NCBI GenBank assembly: GCA_963754315.1
Contig: CAVWFS010000006.1
Location: 128,001 to 192,000 of the forward strand
From: an uncultured Candidatus Rokubacteria bacterium
GTDB lineage: Bacteria > Methylomirabilota > Methylomirabilia > Rokubacteriales > CSP1-6
Length of the DNA: 64,000 nucleotides
Direction: 5' to 3'
Part shown: positions 53,454 through 64,000 of the stretch, one piece after another
Position numbering within the stretch: the first letter of the stretch is position 1
Layout of the letters: each line of letters opens with the position of its first letter
Made by a program: the position numbers and the translations under genes
Notes under the pieces: generated by a model
What the model was told of the DNA's origin: nothing
Seen by the model: only the letters and a program-made list of their open reading frames with translations
The model's database searches: none

Positions 53454-56032
53454 ATGCCGACCTTCTACATCGTCGACGGGCATTCGCACCTCTTCCGGGC
53501 CTACCACGCGGTGGGGTACCTCTCGACCTCCAAGGGGGTTCCGAGCCACGCCGTGCTCATTCTGAGCACGATGCTCTGGAAACTCATTCGCGAGGAGCAG
53601 CCCGACTACCTCGGTGTCGCCTGGGATCCTCCTGGGCCCACCTTCCGGGACACGCTCTTCACCGAGTACAAGGCCACGCGGACGTCGATGCCCAACGACC
53701 TCGTGCAGCAATTGCCGTATGTCCGCCGTCTTCTCGAGGCACTGCGGGTGCCGGCGCTCGAGGTGGCCGGATTCGAGGCGGACGATGTGCTCGCAACCCT
53801 GGTCGAGCGGGCTCGCGCCCCCGGCGTCGAGATCACGGTGGTGAGCGGCGACAAGGACCTGCTCCAGCTTGTGGGTCCGGGGGTGCGGGCGCTCTCGGTG
53901 CTGGGGCGCACAGGTGAGCGGATCGTCTACGACGAGGGTAAGGTGCGCGAACGGTGGGGGGTCGCTCCGGCCCAGATTCCCGATGTGCTCGCTCTCATGG
54001 GTGACGCGATCGACAACATCCCCGGCGTGAAAGGGGTCGGTGAGAAGACCGCGGTCAAGCTCATCAGTCAGTTCGGGAGCGTCGACCGACTCTTCGAGAA
54101 CCTCTCGCTGGTTCCCGGAAAACTCCGAGAGACCTTGGCTACTCAGCGCCGGCAAGCAATGCTGTCGCGCGAGCTGGCCGTACTCTCTCGCGCGGTACCG
54201 CTCAGTTTCGACCTCGAAGCGTTCCGCCGCGTCGAACCCGACTGGACGAAGCTGCGCGCCCTGTGGATGGAGATGGAGTTCGCGCGCCTGGTCAAGGAGT
54301 TGCCGGCCCAGAGGGTCGAGACGCACGTCGGGCCCGCGACGGCCCTGACGTCGCGCGAGTCACTCGAGGCGTGGCTGGCAGCGCTGCCCTCGGGGGCTCC
54401 CGTGGCGATGGAGTGGACGGGAACGGCAGCGCCGCCGGACCCGAGTATGCGGGCTCTCGCGGTGTTTCATCCCGACGCGGTGCCGGCCACGGTCGCGCTG
54501 GACATCGCGGCCCCAGGGCTGGCCTCGCGGGACCTCATCGTACATGACGCCAAGCCCCTCCTCGAGTGGTGGCTGGCGGCTGGCCCGACTCCAGCGCGGT
54601 TCGAGGACAGCGCGGTCGCTTCTTACCTTCTGAACCCAGCCCGTCAAACCTATCGCCTCGACGAGATCTGTATGGAGGCGTTCGGGGAATGTCCGCCCGC
54701 GCTGGGAGCCTCTGACACGACCGCTGGTGCGGACCCTGGTCCGGTACTGGCGGAGCGCGCCCGCTGGCTCTGGCGGTACTGGGAGCACGTGCGCCGCGAG
54801 CTCGACGAGCGCGCGCTGCTCCGGATCTACGAAGACATCGAGCGGCCGCTGGTGCCCGTGCTGGCAGTGATGGAGCGCCATGGCATCCGGGTCGATCCGC
54901 AGCGCCTGGGGGACTTCGCCAAGGAGCTGGAGCGCCAGCTCGAAAACCTTACCCGCGAGATCTACACGGTGGCCGGGGAGGAGTTCACCATCGCCTCGCC
55001 CAAGCAACTCGGGCATATCCTCTTCGAGAAGCTCAAACTGCCTGTGATGCGGCGCACCAAGACGGGCTACTCCACCGACGCCGACGTCCTGACCGAGCTG
55101 GCGGTGGGCCACACCTTGCCGGGCAAGGTCCTCGAGCACCGCACCTTGGCCAAACTGAAGAACACCTACGCCGACACCCTGCCGGGGCTCGTGAATCCTG
55201 CCACCGGCCGCATCCACACGACGTTCAATCAGCTGGTGGCGGCGACCGGACGGCTCAGCTCGCAGGATCCCAATCTCATGAACATCCCGATCCGCACCGA
55301 GCTCGGGCGGCGCATTCGTGCCGCCTTCATTCCCGAGCCAGGCTGGCATTTCGTGGCGGCCGACTATTCGCAGATCGAGCTCCGCATCCTGGCCCATCTC
55401 TCGGGAGAGCCGGCCATCATCGCCTCCTTTCAACGCGGCGAGGACATTCACCAACGCACGGCCTCGGAGGTCTTCCGGGTTCCCCCCGAAGCGGTGTCGG
55501 CGCTTCAACGCACCATCGCCAAGAGCGCAAACTACGCCATCCTCTACGGCGTCTCCGCCTTCGGCCTCTCTCAAGCCACCAAGATCGATCAGAAGGAGGC
55601 GCAGCGCTACATCAGCGACTATTTCGCCGCCCACCCCCGCGTGCGCGCCTTCATCGACCGCACCCTCGCCGAGGGGCGCGCGCAGGGCTACGTCAGCACC
55701 TTGCTCGGACGTCGACGGTATTTGCCCGATCTCAGGTCCGGCAATCCGGTCGCCCGCAATGCGGCTGAGCGCATGGCCATGAACGCGCCGGTGCAGGGGA
55801 CGGCCAGTGACATGATCAAGATCGCCATGGTGCGCATGCAGGAGGCGCTTGACAGGAGGGGCCTGGCGACCCGGATGCTCTTGCAGGTCCACGACGAGTT
55901 GCTGTTCGAGGCGCCCCCCGGCGAGGTCGCCGAGATCGAGCACTGGCCACCGAGATCATGGCCAATGCGCTTCCGCTCAACGTCCCCATCGTGGTTGACG
56001 TGAAATCAGGCTCTGACTGGTCCCACGTGTAG
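53454..56032 (+). CDS. polA: DNA polymerase I; frameshift near C-terminus (~55940)
   Basis: 5' nuclease (VDG, YKATR, EADD, GDKD, GVKGVGEKTA); TGRLSS, DYSQIELRILAH, QGTASD, LQVHDEL. Confidence 0.96.
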
Positions 56033-56042
56033 GACGCGCGAC

Positions 56043-56682
56043 GTGGCGGCATTCCTGCTGGTGGGGTTGACCGGCGGCATCGCGACCGGCAAGAGCACGG
56101 TGTCGGACATGTTCCGTTCCCTGGGTGCGGTGATCATCGATGCCGACCTCCTCGCGCGGCAGGTGGTAGAGCCGGGCGAGCCCGCCTACGCGGATATCGT
56201 GACCGAGTTTGGGCCCGACGTCGTGCAGGTCGACCGCGCTCTCGACCGCAAGCGATTGGGCGCCATCGTGTTCGCCGACCCCGAGCGGCGGCGCCGGCTG
56301 GAAGCCATCACCCATCCGCGAATTCGCGAGCGGTTCGCGCGTCGGGTGCAAGAACTCACGGACCAGGGGTTCGAGGGGGTCGTCATCTTCGATGCTCCCG
56401 TCATGATCGAAAGCGGCAATTACCGAAACATGGATCGATTGGTGGTGGTGGCGACGGACGAGGCGACCCAACGCGCCAGGCTGCACGCGCGGGACCAGCG
56501 CCGACGAGGCCGAAGTAACGCGGCGGATCGCCAGTCAAATGCCCCTCGCCGAGAAGGTCAAGCTTGCCGACTACGTGATCGACAACAGCGGCGAGCGCTC
56601 CGCGACTCAGGATCAGGTCCGGCGCGTCCATGCGGCTCTCATGGCCGATTTGCGTGCGCGCCGCCTCGACCGGGCTCGGTGA
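56043..56682 (+). CDS. coaE: Dephospho-CoA kinase; frameshift near 56495
   Basis: GLTGGIATGKST, IDAD, LEAITHP; shifted frame gives SQMPLAEKVKLADYVIDN. Confidence 0.92.
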
Positions 56683-57515
56683 GCGCCCGCAGCCGGCGCC
56701 AGACCCTCGGCCAGCACTTCCTCGGTGACGTCGGCGTCGCGCGCGCCATCGTCGACACCATCGCGCCGCGCTCGACCGACCTCGTGGTCGAGATCGGGCC
56801 CGGGCGGGGGGTGTTGACCGGGGAACTGGCCCGCCGGGCTGGACAACTGATCGCGCTCGAGATCGATTCGACCCTCGTCCCGGCCTTGCGGACGCGCTTC
56901 CCAAGCGTCATGGTGGTGCAGGCCGACGCGCGAAGCTGGCCCTACTCGAGCCTTGTCCGACCCCCCGGAGGCCGGGTGGTGGTGGTGGGGAACCTTCCCT
57001 ACAGTGCCGGAACGGTTATCCTCACGGCGCTGATTGCAGCGCGATCGGCGATTGATGAAATGGTGATCATGCTGCAGCGCGAGGTCGCCGAGCGCGTGGC
57101 CGCGACCCCGGGTAGCAAGAGCTACGGGAGTCTCTCTGTCCTCACCCAGCTCGTGAGCGAGCCCACGGTCGTTCTCACAGTTCCTCCGGGGGCGTTTCGG
57201 CCGCCTCCCAAGGTGGAGTCGGCACTACTTCGGGTGAGGGTTCTGCCGGCGCCCCGCATATCTGTCCCGGACGAGGAGAGGTTTCGCGCGGTCGTCCGTG
57301 CGGCCTTCGCTCAGCGCCGAAAGACCATCGCCAACTCGCTCGCGACCGCGCTGGCGCTCCCTTCGGAGCGGGTCCGCGACGCCCTAGAGACCGCCGGGAT
57401 CGATGCGACTCGACGCGCTGAAACCCTCAGCCTCGAGGAGTTCGCGCATCTCACCGCGCGTCTCTCCGAATCCATCAGCACCCCCGGTCGTATCCCGGGC
57501 CGCGGTCACGCGTAA
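56679..57515 (+). CDS. rsmA: 16S rRNA adenine dimethyltransferase (KsgA)
   Basis: LGQHFL, EIGPGRG, GNLPY, MLQREVA, FRPPPKVES, AFAQRRKT, RRAETL. Confidence 0.95.
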   Translation: MSARSRRQTLGQHFLGDVGVARAIVDTIAPRSTDLVVEIGPGRGVLTGELARRAGQLIALEIDSTLVPALRTRFPSVMVVQADARSWPYSSLVRPPGGRVVVVGNLPYSAGTVILTALIAARSAIDEMVIMLQREVAERVAATPGSKSYGSLSVLTQLVSEPTVVLTVPPGAFRPPPKVESALLRVRVLPAPRISVPDEERFRAVVRAAFAQRRKTIANSLATALALPSERVRDALETAGIDATRRAETLSLEEFAHLTARLSESISTPGRIPGRGHA

Positions 57516-57519
57516 AACG

Positions 57520-57588
57520 CCGAACGCCCCGGGGAACCCGGGGCGCTCGGAGCGAAGGGGCCATGGGGGGCCTCCAAGGCCCCCCATG
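57520..57588 (+). repeat. Single copy of the REP-like two-hairpin element between convergent rsmA and pal
   Basis: Hairpin cgccccggg-gaa-cccggggcg, spacer with gagcgaagggg, hairpin catggggggcct-cca-aggccccccatg. Confidence 0.85.
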
Positions 57589-57595
57589 CGGTCGG

Positions 57596-58230
57596 TTACT
57601 TAGGCTTTGTCAGGAACTGGTCGTTACGGTTCATTGCGTGGCACTTGTCCTTCGGCGGCTTGTCCGTGCAGATCGGCCGCTCCTCGCCGTAGCTGACCGT
57701 GGAGATGCGATCTCCTGCCACGCCCTTGGAGACGAGATAGTTCTGGGCGGCCTTGGCCCGGCGATCACCGAGGGCCAAGTTGTACTCGACCGTGCCGCGC
57801 TCATCGGTGTTGCCCGTGATGAGCAGCAGCATGTTCGGGTTCGCCTTCAACCAGTCGGCGTTCCCGTCGAGGATCTTTGCGTCTCCCTTGCGGATGTTCG
57901 ACTTGTCAAAGTCGAAGTGGATCATCTTGAGGTTCGGGTTCGGCTCGAACTGCGCCGGAGCCGGACGTGGCGCTGGCGGAGGTGGCGTCGGCGGCGGTGG
58001 CGGCGGCGGCGTCGGCGGTGGCGGCGGTGGTGGCGCCTGGACAACGGGCGGCGGCGGCGGCGGTGGTGGCGGAGCGGCGGCGGTGGTGGGGGGGTTGGCT
58101 TTGGCGGTGCGGCAACGACCGGTGCCGGCGCCGAGGCCTGTGTCACGGTCGGCCGCTTGGCGCAGCCTGCCGTAACGATGGAACTCACCGCGACGGCGGC
58201 CAGGGCGAAGTACAAGTAACGATTTCGCAT
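57596..58230 (-). CDS. pal: Peptidoglycan-associated lipoprotein (OmpA-like) with long poly-Pro linker; frameshift near 58075
   Basis: Lipobox TAGC; IHFDFDKS, GNTDERGT.EYNLALGDRRA, SYGEERP. Confidence 0.88.
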
Positions 58231-58482
58231 GCGTCCCCCCCTTGTCAGTGATGGCCTGTCGAACTGCCCTTTATTCCCTACCATGTTTTTCCCCCCTGCG
58301 TAAAAAGGAATCGCGGGGGGTGTCGCGCGCTAAGTATAACGGGTTGGAAACTATAAGTGAAATGAATCTGCGGTCTTCCTGCCGACCGCGGTTCAGGCCG
58401 GTGCTGAGGGGTTTCGAGAGGTCCCCCGAAACTTCGGATCGGCGAGTGCCGGATGCTACGATGACCGCACGAAAGGAGCCCC

Positions 58483-60139
58483 GTGAACCCCCCAGTCCGG
58501 CTCATTCCCCTCGGCGGACTCGGCGAGATCGGCCTCAACATGCTGCTCGTCGAGTCCGCCGACGACCTCCTCGCCATCGACTGCGGGCTGATGTTCCCGG
58601 ACGACGAATTGCCGGGGATCGACTATGTCATACCGGACTTCTCCTACGCGCTCGCCAAGCGCGAGGGCTTTCGCGCGCTCATCCTCACTCACGGCCACGA
58701 GGATCACATCGGCGCCATTCCCTATCTCTTGCGTGAGGTTCAGGCTCCCCGTGTACGGCACGCCGTTCACCTTGGCCCTCGTGGGCGAGCGGCTCAGGGA
58801 GCACGGACTCCTGGAGGGCGCCGATCTGCGCCCCCTGCGGCCCCGCGATCGCGTCCAGATAGGCCCGTTCGGCATTCAGGCCATTCGGGTGACGCACTCC
58901 ATCGTCGACGGGATCGGCCTCGCGATCGACACGCCGGTCGGGACCATCGTCCACACGGGCGATTTCAAGCTGGACGCAGCGCCGCTCGACGGTGAGCCGC
59001 CGGACTATCGCACGCTGACCGAGCTGGGCGAGCGGGGAGTGCTGGTGCTCTGCTCCGATTCCACCAACGTGGATCGTCCGGGTCACACGCCCTCGGAGAC
59101 CGAAGTGGGCGCCGCGCTGGCCGAGCGCTTCGAACGCGCCCAGGGCCGCATCATCATCTCCACCTTTGCCTCGCACATCCATCGGATCCAACAGGTATTG
59201 CGCCTGGCGGAACGGTTCGAGCGCTGTGTGGCCTTGCTCGGCATGAGCATGCAGAAGAACGTGGCCCTCGCCGCCGAGCACGGATATCTGCGGATTCCCC
59301 CGCACGTGCTGGTGTCGGTCGACGAGTTGGCGGCCTTGCCCGCACGGCACCAGGTCATCCTGTCCACCGGAAGCCAGGGCGAACCCAACTCCGCTCTGGC
59401 CCTCATGGCCGCCGGTGAGCACAAGTACGTCCAGGTCGAGGCGGGCGATCTGGTGATTCTGTCGTCGCGGGTCATTCCTGGCCACGAGCGCACGGTGGGG
59501 CGCGTGGTCAACGGGCTCTATCGACGCGGAGCCGAGGTCCTCTACGAGGACAACGCCTTCGTTCACGTCTCGGGGCATGCCAGCCAGGAAGATCTGAAGC
59601 TCATGCTCACGATGACACGCCCGCGCTACTTCCTGCCCGTTCACGGCGAGTACCGGCACCTGCTCGGCCACGCCCGCCTGGCCACCGGCGTGGGCGTGCC
59701 CGCCGAGCGCGTGTTCGTCATCGAAGACGGTATGGGTCTCGAGGTCTCGTCGTCAGACGCCCGTGTCGTGGGTCGCTTCCCGGCCGGTCGGGTGCTCGTC
59801 GATGGCAAGGGCATCGGGGACATCGGCGCCGTCGTTCTTCGCGATCGTCAGATCCTGTCCAACGAGGGCCTGGTGGCAGTGGCGCTGGTCGTCGACCGCG
59901 AGGGTGTCGTGGTGACCGGGCCTCAGATCGCTTCCCGCGGCGTGGTGTATGTCAAGGAGAACGAAGCCCTCCTTGACGAGTTGAAGGGGGCGGTGGCCAA
60001 GGCTCTCGGTGAGCGTGACTGCACGGTGCCGTTCGACCGCGAGGTGATGAGCGCGGTCGTGCGCACGGCCGTCCGTCAGTTCATCAACCACCGCTTCCAC
60101 AGGAAGCCGGTGGTGCTTCCCATCATCCTGGAGGTCTGA
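58483..60139 (+). CDS. rnj: Ribonuclease J; frameshift near 58737
   Basis: LGGLGEIG.NM, THGHEDHIG, HTGDFK, DSTN, TGSQGEP, HVSGH, PVHGE. Confidence 0.95.
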
Positions 60140-62307
60140 TGCCCGTCACGACGTCGGCCGACGACAAGCCTCGCCGTGCCCGCAAGAAGGCAGAGCATCG
60201 CCGATGGGTACGCGAGGCCAAGGGGATCAGCGCCCTCGTGGCCGCCGGGTTCGGCGTCGTGGCCCTGGCCGCGTTCGATCCACATGAGTCGCCGACCGAC
60301 CAGCAGGGATTGGTGGGGCCGGTGGGTGTGTGGCTGGCGTGGGCGCTGTTCCGAGGATTCGGCTACGCGAGCATCCTCTTTCCGGTCCTCCTCGGCGGCT
60401 GGGGGGCCAGCTCGTTTCTGCGCCCCTCCACGGTGCGGGGTCGACTCCCGCTCGTGGGCCTCGCCGTCCTGCTCGTCACGGCGACTGGGCTCCTCTCGCT
60501 CCTCGCGAGCGCCGACGGCGTGGATCACGGTGGGCTCGTGGGCGCGGCCCTCACGTACGGGCTTCGCTCCACATTCGGGAGTGCGGGAACGTGGCTGGTG
60601 CTGCTGGGAGGGCTCCCGCTGGCGGTGCTCCTCGTCACTCAGGTGTCGTTCGCGGCGCTCGTCCGTGTCCTCACGACGCGTCTTGCCCGCATGCGTCGGC
60701 GCGCCCGAAGCATCGCGCCCGTGGTGACACGCGCGATGCTCGAGCCAGACGGCGGGAGCCTGGCCCTGCCGGCGCCGTCATCCCTGGCGCCGGCGCCTCC
60801 TCCGGTGGTGGTCGAGCCCTCCCGGCCCCGCGCCGGGCTCATGGAACGGGGGCTCGCCTGGCAGGAGACCTTCGACTTCGGCACCGGCGGCGCCGAGGCA
60901 TTCCAGCTCCCGCCTGTGGGTCTGCTCAAGCTCCCGCCTGCCTCCGAGATCGCGCGCTCGCGCGAGGAACTGCAGGACAACGCGGAGACCCTCCGCCGCA
61001 AACTGCAAGATTTCGAGGTCGAGGGGCGCATCGTCCAGGTGAACCCGGGCCCCATCATCACCTCGTACGAGTTCGAGCCGGCACCGGGCGTGAAAGTCAG
61101 CCAGGTCGTCAACCGCGCCGACGATCTGGCCCTCTCCCTGAAATCGGCATCGGTACGGATCGTGGGGCCGATCCCGGGGCGGGGAACGATCGCGGTGGAG
61201 GTGCCCAACGCGGAGGCGGCGACCGTCTACCTACGTGACATTTTCATGTCGGCCGAGTTCGGGGAGTCCAAAGGAAAGCTCCCACTCGCCCTCGGCAAGG
61301 ACGTGACGGGCACGCCGGTGGTGGCCGATCTCACGAGCATGCCGCACCTGCTCGTAGCCGGCGCTACCGGGAGCGGCAAGTCCGTCGGCCTCAATTCGAT
61401 GATCTGCTCAATCCTGTACAAGACGACGCCGGCCGAGGTCCGCTTCCTGATGATCGATCCCAAGCGCCTCGAGCTGTCGGTGTACGAGAGCATCCCGCAC
61501 CTGCTGGCGCCGGTGGTCACCGACGCCAAGGAGGCGGCCGCCCGCCTGCGCTGGATCGTGGGCAAGATGGACGAGCGCTACAAGCTGCTGCAGGCGCGCC
61601 AGGTCCGGAACATCGAAGGCTATAACAAGGCAGTCCCGGGGGAGGAGCGGCTGCCGTACTGGGTCGTGGTCGTTGACGAGCTGGCCGACCTGATGATGGT
61701 GTCGGCGGGTGAGGTCCAGACCTCACTCGTCCGGTTGGCCCAGATTGCCCGCGCCGTCGGCATTCATCTCATCATAGCCACCCAGCGGCCCTCCGTGGAC
61801 GTCGTTACCGGACTCATCAAGGCCAACTTCCCGACCCGCATCGCCTTCCAGGTGGCTTCCAAGGTCGATTCGCGCACCGTGCTCGACGGCAACGGTGCCG
61901 AGCAACTGCTCGGGCGCGGCGACATGATCTTCGTGCCGCCGGGTGCAAACCGGCAGATGCGCGTTCACGGCGCCTGGGTGTCTGACGAGGAGGTCAAGGC
62001 AGTCTGCGAATTCCTCCGCACGCAGGGCACCGCCGTGTACGAAGAGGTCGTGCTGGCCACCGAAGAAGAGGTCGCCGACGGGGAGGCCGCCGACCGCGAC
62101 GACATCTACTGGGACGCCGTGCACCTCGTGATCGGCCAGCGCCAGGCGTCGATCTCGTTCCTCCAGCGCCGCCTCCGACTCGGTTATCCCAAGGCAGCGC
62201 GCTTCATCGACATGATGGAGCAAGACCGAGTCATCGGGCCCGGCGAGGGCGCCAAGCCTCGCGAGGTGCTGGTGGGGCCCGAGTATCTGGCCAAGCGAGG
62301 CAAGTGA
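60139..62307 (+). CDS. ftsK: DNA translocase FtsK
   Basis: N-terminal TM domain, MPHLLVAGATGSGKS, DPKRLEL, DELADLM, ATQRPSVD, gamma domain SFLQRRL. Confidence 0.96.
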   Translation: MPVTTSADDKPRRARKKAEHRRWVREAKGISALVAAGFGVVALAAFDPHESPTDQQGLVGPVGVWLAWALFRGFGYASILFPVLLGGWGASSFLRPSTVRGRLPLVGLAVLLVTATGLLSLLASADGVDHGGLVGAALTYGLRSTFGSAGTWLVLLGGLPLAVLLVTQVSFAALVRVLTTRLARMRRRARSIAPVVTRAMLEPDGGSLALPAPSSLAPAPPPVVVEPSRPRAGLMERGLAWQETFDFGTGGAEAFQLPPVGLLKLPPASEIARSREELQDNAETLRRKLQDFEVEGRIVQVNPGPIITSYEFEPAPGVKVSQVVNRADDLALSLKSASVRIVGPIPGRGTIAVEVPNAEAATVYLRDIFMSAEFGESKGKLPLALGKDVTGTPVVADLTSMPHLLVAGATGSGKSVGLNSMICSILYKTTPAEVRFLMIDPKRLELSVYESIPHLLAPVVTDAKEAAARLRWIVGKMDERYKLLQARQVRNIEGYNKAVPGEERLPYWVVVVDELADLMMVSAGEVQTSLVRLAQIARAVGIHLIIATQRPSVDVVTGLIKANFPTRIAFQVASKVDSRTVLDGNGAEQLLGRGDMIFVPPGANRQMRVHGAWVSDEEVKAVCEFLRTQGTAVYEEVVLATEEEVADGEAADRDDIYWDAVHLVIGQRQASISFLQRRLRLGYPKAARFIDMMEQDRVIGPGEGAKPREVLVGPEYLAKRGK

Positions 62308-63257
62308 AAGAAGCCGTCCTGGTCCTGGGTCTGAGCCTGACTCTGGTCTGGCCCGCTTGGGCCGCCTCTGGCTGCAGCGGCTCTGCCCTTGGCGTCGATG
62401 CCGCGAACGCCCTCGTCCTGTCAGGAGGCGGGGCGAAGGGAGCCTGGGAGGCCGGAGTCGCCTCGGCCCTCATCCGCGGTGGGTTTCCTATCCACCTCGT
62501 GGCCGGTTCCTCGGCGGGCGCTCTCAACGCCGCCATGATCGCGGACGGGCGGCTCGATCGCCTGGAGGAGCTCTGGCGCACGGTGACGCGTGAGCACGTC
62601 TACACCTTGCGCCCGTCAGTGTTCTTCGCGGGTCTTCTGCCCGGCTGGCTGACGTTGCTCGTGCTGGATCGAGCGGGATCACTCTTTGATCCACGCCCCC
62701 TCCGAGAACTCATCGGCAGTTCCCTCGATCTCGATCGCGTGCGGGCATCACACGTACGCGTGGTCGTGACCGCCACCGATCTGGCCCGCCGTCAGCAGCG
62801 TCTCTTCGACAACCAGACTCTTTCGATCGACGCCCTCATGGCGGCCACGGCCGTGCCCGGCGCCTTTCCGCCGGTGGCCGTGGATGGCGAGCTGCTCGTC
62901 GACGGCGGCCTCACCGGTCGTGCGCCCATCTTGACGGCGCTGGAGGCTGCACACCGCCTGGACCGCGTGGTCGTGCTGCTGAGCTACGCCGCCCAGGAGG
63001 CTGGTGATCCGCCCACGACCCTGCGCCGAGCGCTCGAACAATCGTTCGAGATGACGATGGTGCATCAGATTCGCCGTGACACCGAGCTGGCACGCTTGAA
63101 GTACCCCGGCGTGGACGTCCAGCTTCTCGTGCCTTCGGCGTCACTCGCGCTGCGCCCGCTCGACTTCGATCCCGGGGGGCTCGCCCGTGCCCTCGAGCTT
63201 GGGCGCCGAGATGGTGCCGCCTGCCTGGAGCGCTGGCGCGGAAACAGCACGCGCTGA
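62304..63257 (+). CDS. Patatin-like phospholipase with predicted signal peptide
   Basis: LSGGGAKG, GSSAG, VDGG; hydrophobic N-terminus ending AWA. Confidence 0.88.
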   Translation: MKEAVLVLGLSLTLVWPAWAASGCSGSALGVDAANALVLSGGGAKGAWEAGVASALIRGGFPIHLVAGSSAGALNAAMIADGRLDRLEELWRTVTREHVYTLRPSVFFAGLLPGWLTLLVLDRAGSLFDPRPLRELIGSSLDLDRVRASHVRVVVTATDLARRQQRLFDNQTLSIDALMAATAVPGAFPPVAVDGELLVDGGLTGRAPILTALEAAHRLDRVVVLLSYAAQEAGDPPTTLRRALEQSFEMTMVHQIRRDTELARLKYPGVDVQLLVPSASLALRPLDFDPGGLARALELGRRDGAACLERWRGNSTR

Positions 63258-63326
63258 CAGGGACCCACGCGGTTGCCACACCCCACCATCCGACGTAGAC
63301 TCGCGCAACCTACCAGGAGGACATCA

Positions 63327-64000
63327 ATGCACCGACGCGTCGTGGCCGCGCTGCTCCTGCTCGCTGTCCCATCCGTTGCCTCGGCGCAGTCGGGCGCGCA
63401 GATCACCATCGCCCAGCCCGCCGAGGCCACCACGATGGATCCAGGCCGGAGCACCCAGGTCCTGACCGTCAACTACTTCTACAATCTCTACGATGCGCTC
63501 CTGCGATGGGACAACACCCTCAAGCTCCAGCCCGGCCTCGCCACCACCTGGAAGAGCCTCAATGACACAACATGGGAGTTCTCTCTGCGCCCGGGCGTGA
63601 AGTTCCATGATGGGCAGCCCTTCACCGCGGAAGACGTCAAGGCCACTCTAGAGCGCAACCTGGTCGTGGGTAAAACGGTCGTGCAGTCGGGATTCGCCAC
63701 GATCGACGCGGTCCAGATCGTCAATCCCACCACCGTTCGGGTCATCACCAAGAAGCCCGATCCGCTGCTGCTCGTGCGCATGGCCCAGATGGGAGCGCAG
63801 ATCCTGCCCGCCCGGCTGACCACCGATGAGGGCATGAAGGAGCTCGCGCGCAAGCCGGTGGGGACTGGCGCCTACCGATTCGTCGAGTGGCTGAAGGACG
63901 AGCGTCTGGTCATGGACGCCAACCGCGACTGGTGGGGTTGGGAGGGCAAGGCCCCCGCGGTCGAGCGCATCATCTGGAAGCCCATTCCCGACGACTTTCC
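63327..64000 (+). CDS. ABC transporter substrate-binding protein family 5 (partial, runs off window)
   Basis: AGGAGG-ATG, signal peptide, TTMDP, PGLATTW, GVKFHDG, PVGTGAY. Confidence 0.9.
   Translation, partial: MHRRVVAALLLLAVPSVASAQSGAQITIAQPAEATTMDPGRSTQVLTVNYFYNLYDALLRWDNTLKLQPGLATTWKSLNDTTWEFSLRPGVKFHDGQPFTAEDVKATLERNLVVGKTVVQSGFATIDAVQIVNPTTVRVITKKPDPLLLVRMAQMGAQILPARLTTDEGMKELARKPVGTGAYRFVEWLKDERLVMDANRDWWGWEGKAPAVERIIWKPIPDDF

Noticed and set aside
56043..57515. CoaE-RsmA fusion (490-aa ORF)
   Set aside because: The conserved CoaE C-terminus (SQMPLAEKVKLADYVIDN) is in another frame and ends at 56682, overlapping the rsmA GTG.
57563..58219. Gly-rich and Arg-rich ORFs on the plus strand
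   Set aside because: Antisense reading of the pal poly-Pro tract.
58231..58482. ncRNA or riboswitch in the AT-richer pal-rnj intergenic region
   Set aside because: Explained by divergent promoter sequence (e.g. TTCACT-17-TATACT on the minus strand); no riboswitch or tRNA motif recognised.

Overview
High-GC bacterial chromosome segment. Gene families and style suggest a Candidatus Rokubacteria/Methylomirabilota-like organism, but this is inference only. Positions 1-29.7 kb are a mosaic of catabolic and transport genes: the 3' end of glgP, an M20 amidohydrolase, three LLM flavin oxidoreductases, an HpbD-like enolase-superfamily enzyme, Dpp- and Liv-type ABC transporters, D-aminoacylase, MmgE/PrpD, a hydantoinase-like enzyme, an asparaginase-like enzyme, a plant-type D-amino acid aminotransferase, TauD, an MBL hydrolase and an AOR-family oxidoreductase. 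I found no transcription regulator among them. Positions 29.7-64 kb are mostly housekeeping: TPR protein, small ORF plus CMK-like/BON protein, degP-like, kdsC, DUF2062, galU, pncB, trpCFBA-accD-folC-lptD, DegT, UbiA, gltX, histidine phosphatase, internally deleted Na/Pi transporter, glnB, glnE, polA, coaE, rsmA, pal, rnj, ftsK, patatin and a partial SBP. About 17 single-base frameshifts, several in housekeeping genes, are most simply sequencing or assembly errors and create false fusions in the ORF track. I saw no rRNA, tRNA, CRISPR array, transposase or prophage. The most notable observations are a dispersed two-hairpin REP-like repeat family with covarying stems, a cluster of amide/D-amino-acid enzymes with altered active-site motifs, a Tyr at the PolA ddNTP-discrimination position, a 16-bp direct repeat abutting a predicted promoter, and probable CTG starts and coupled uORFs.
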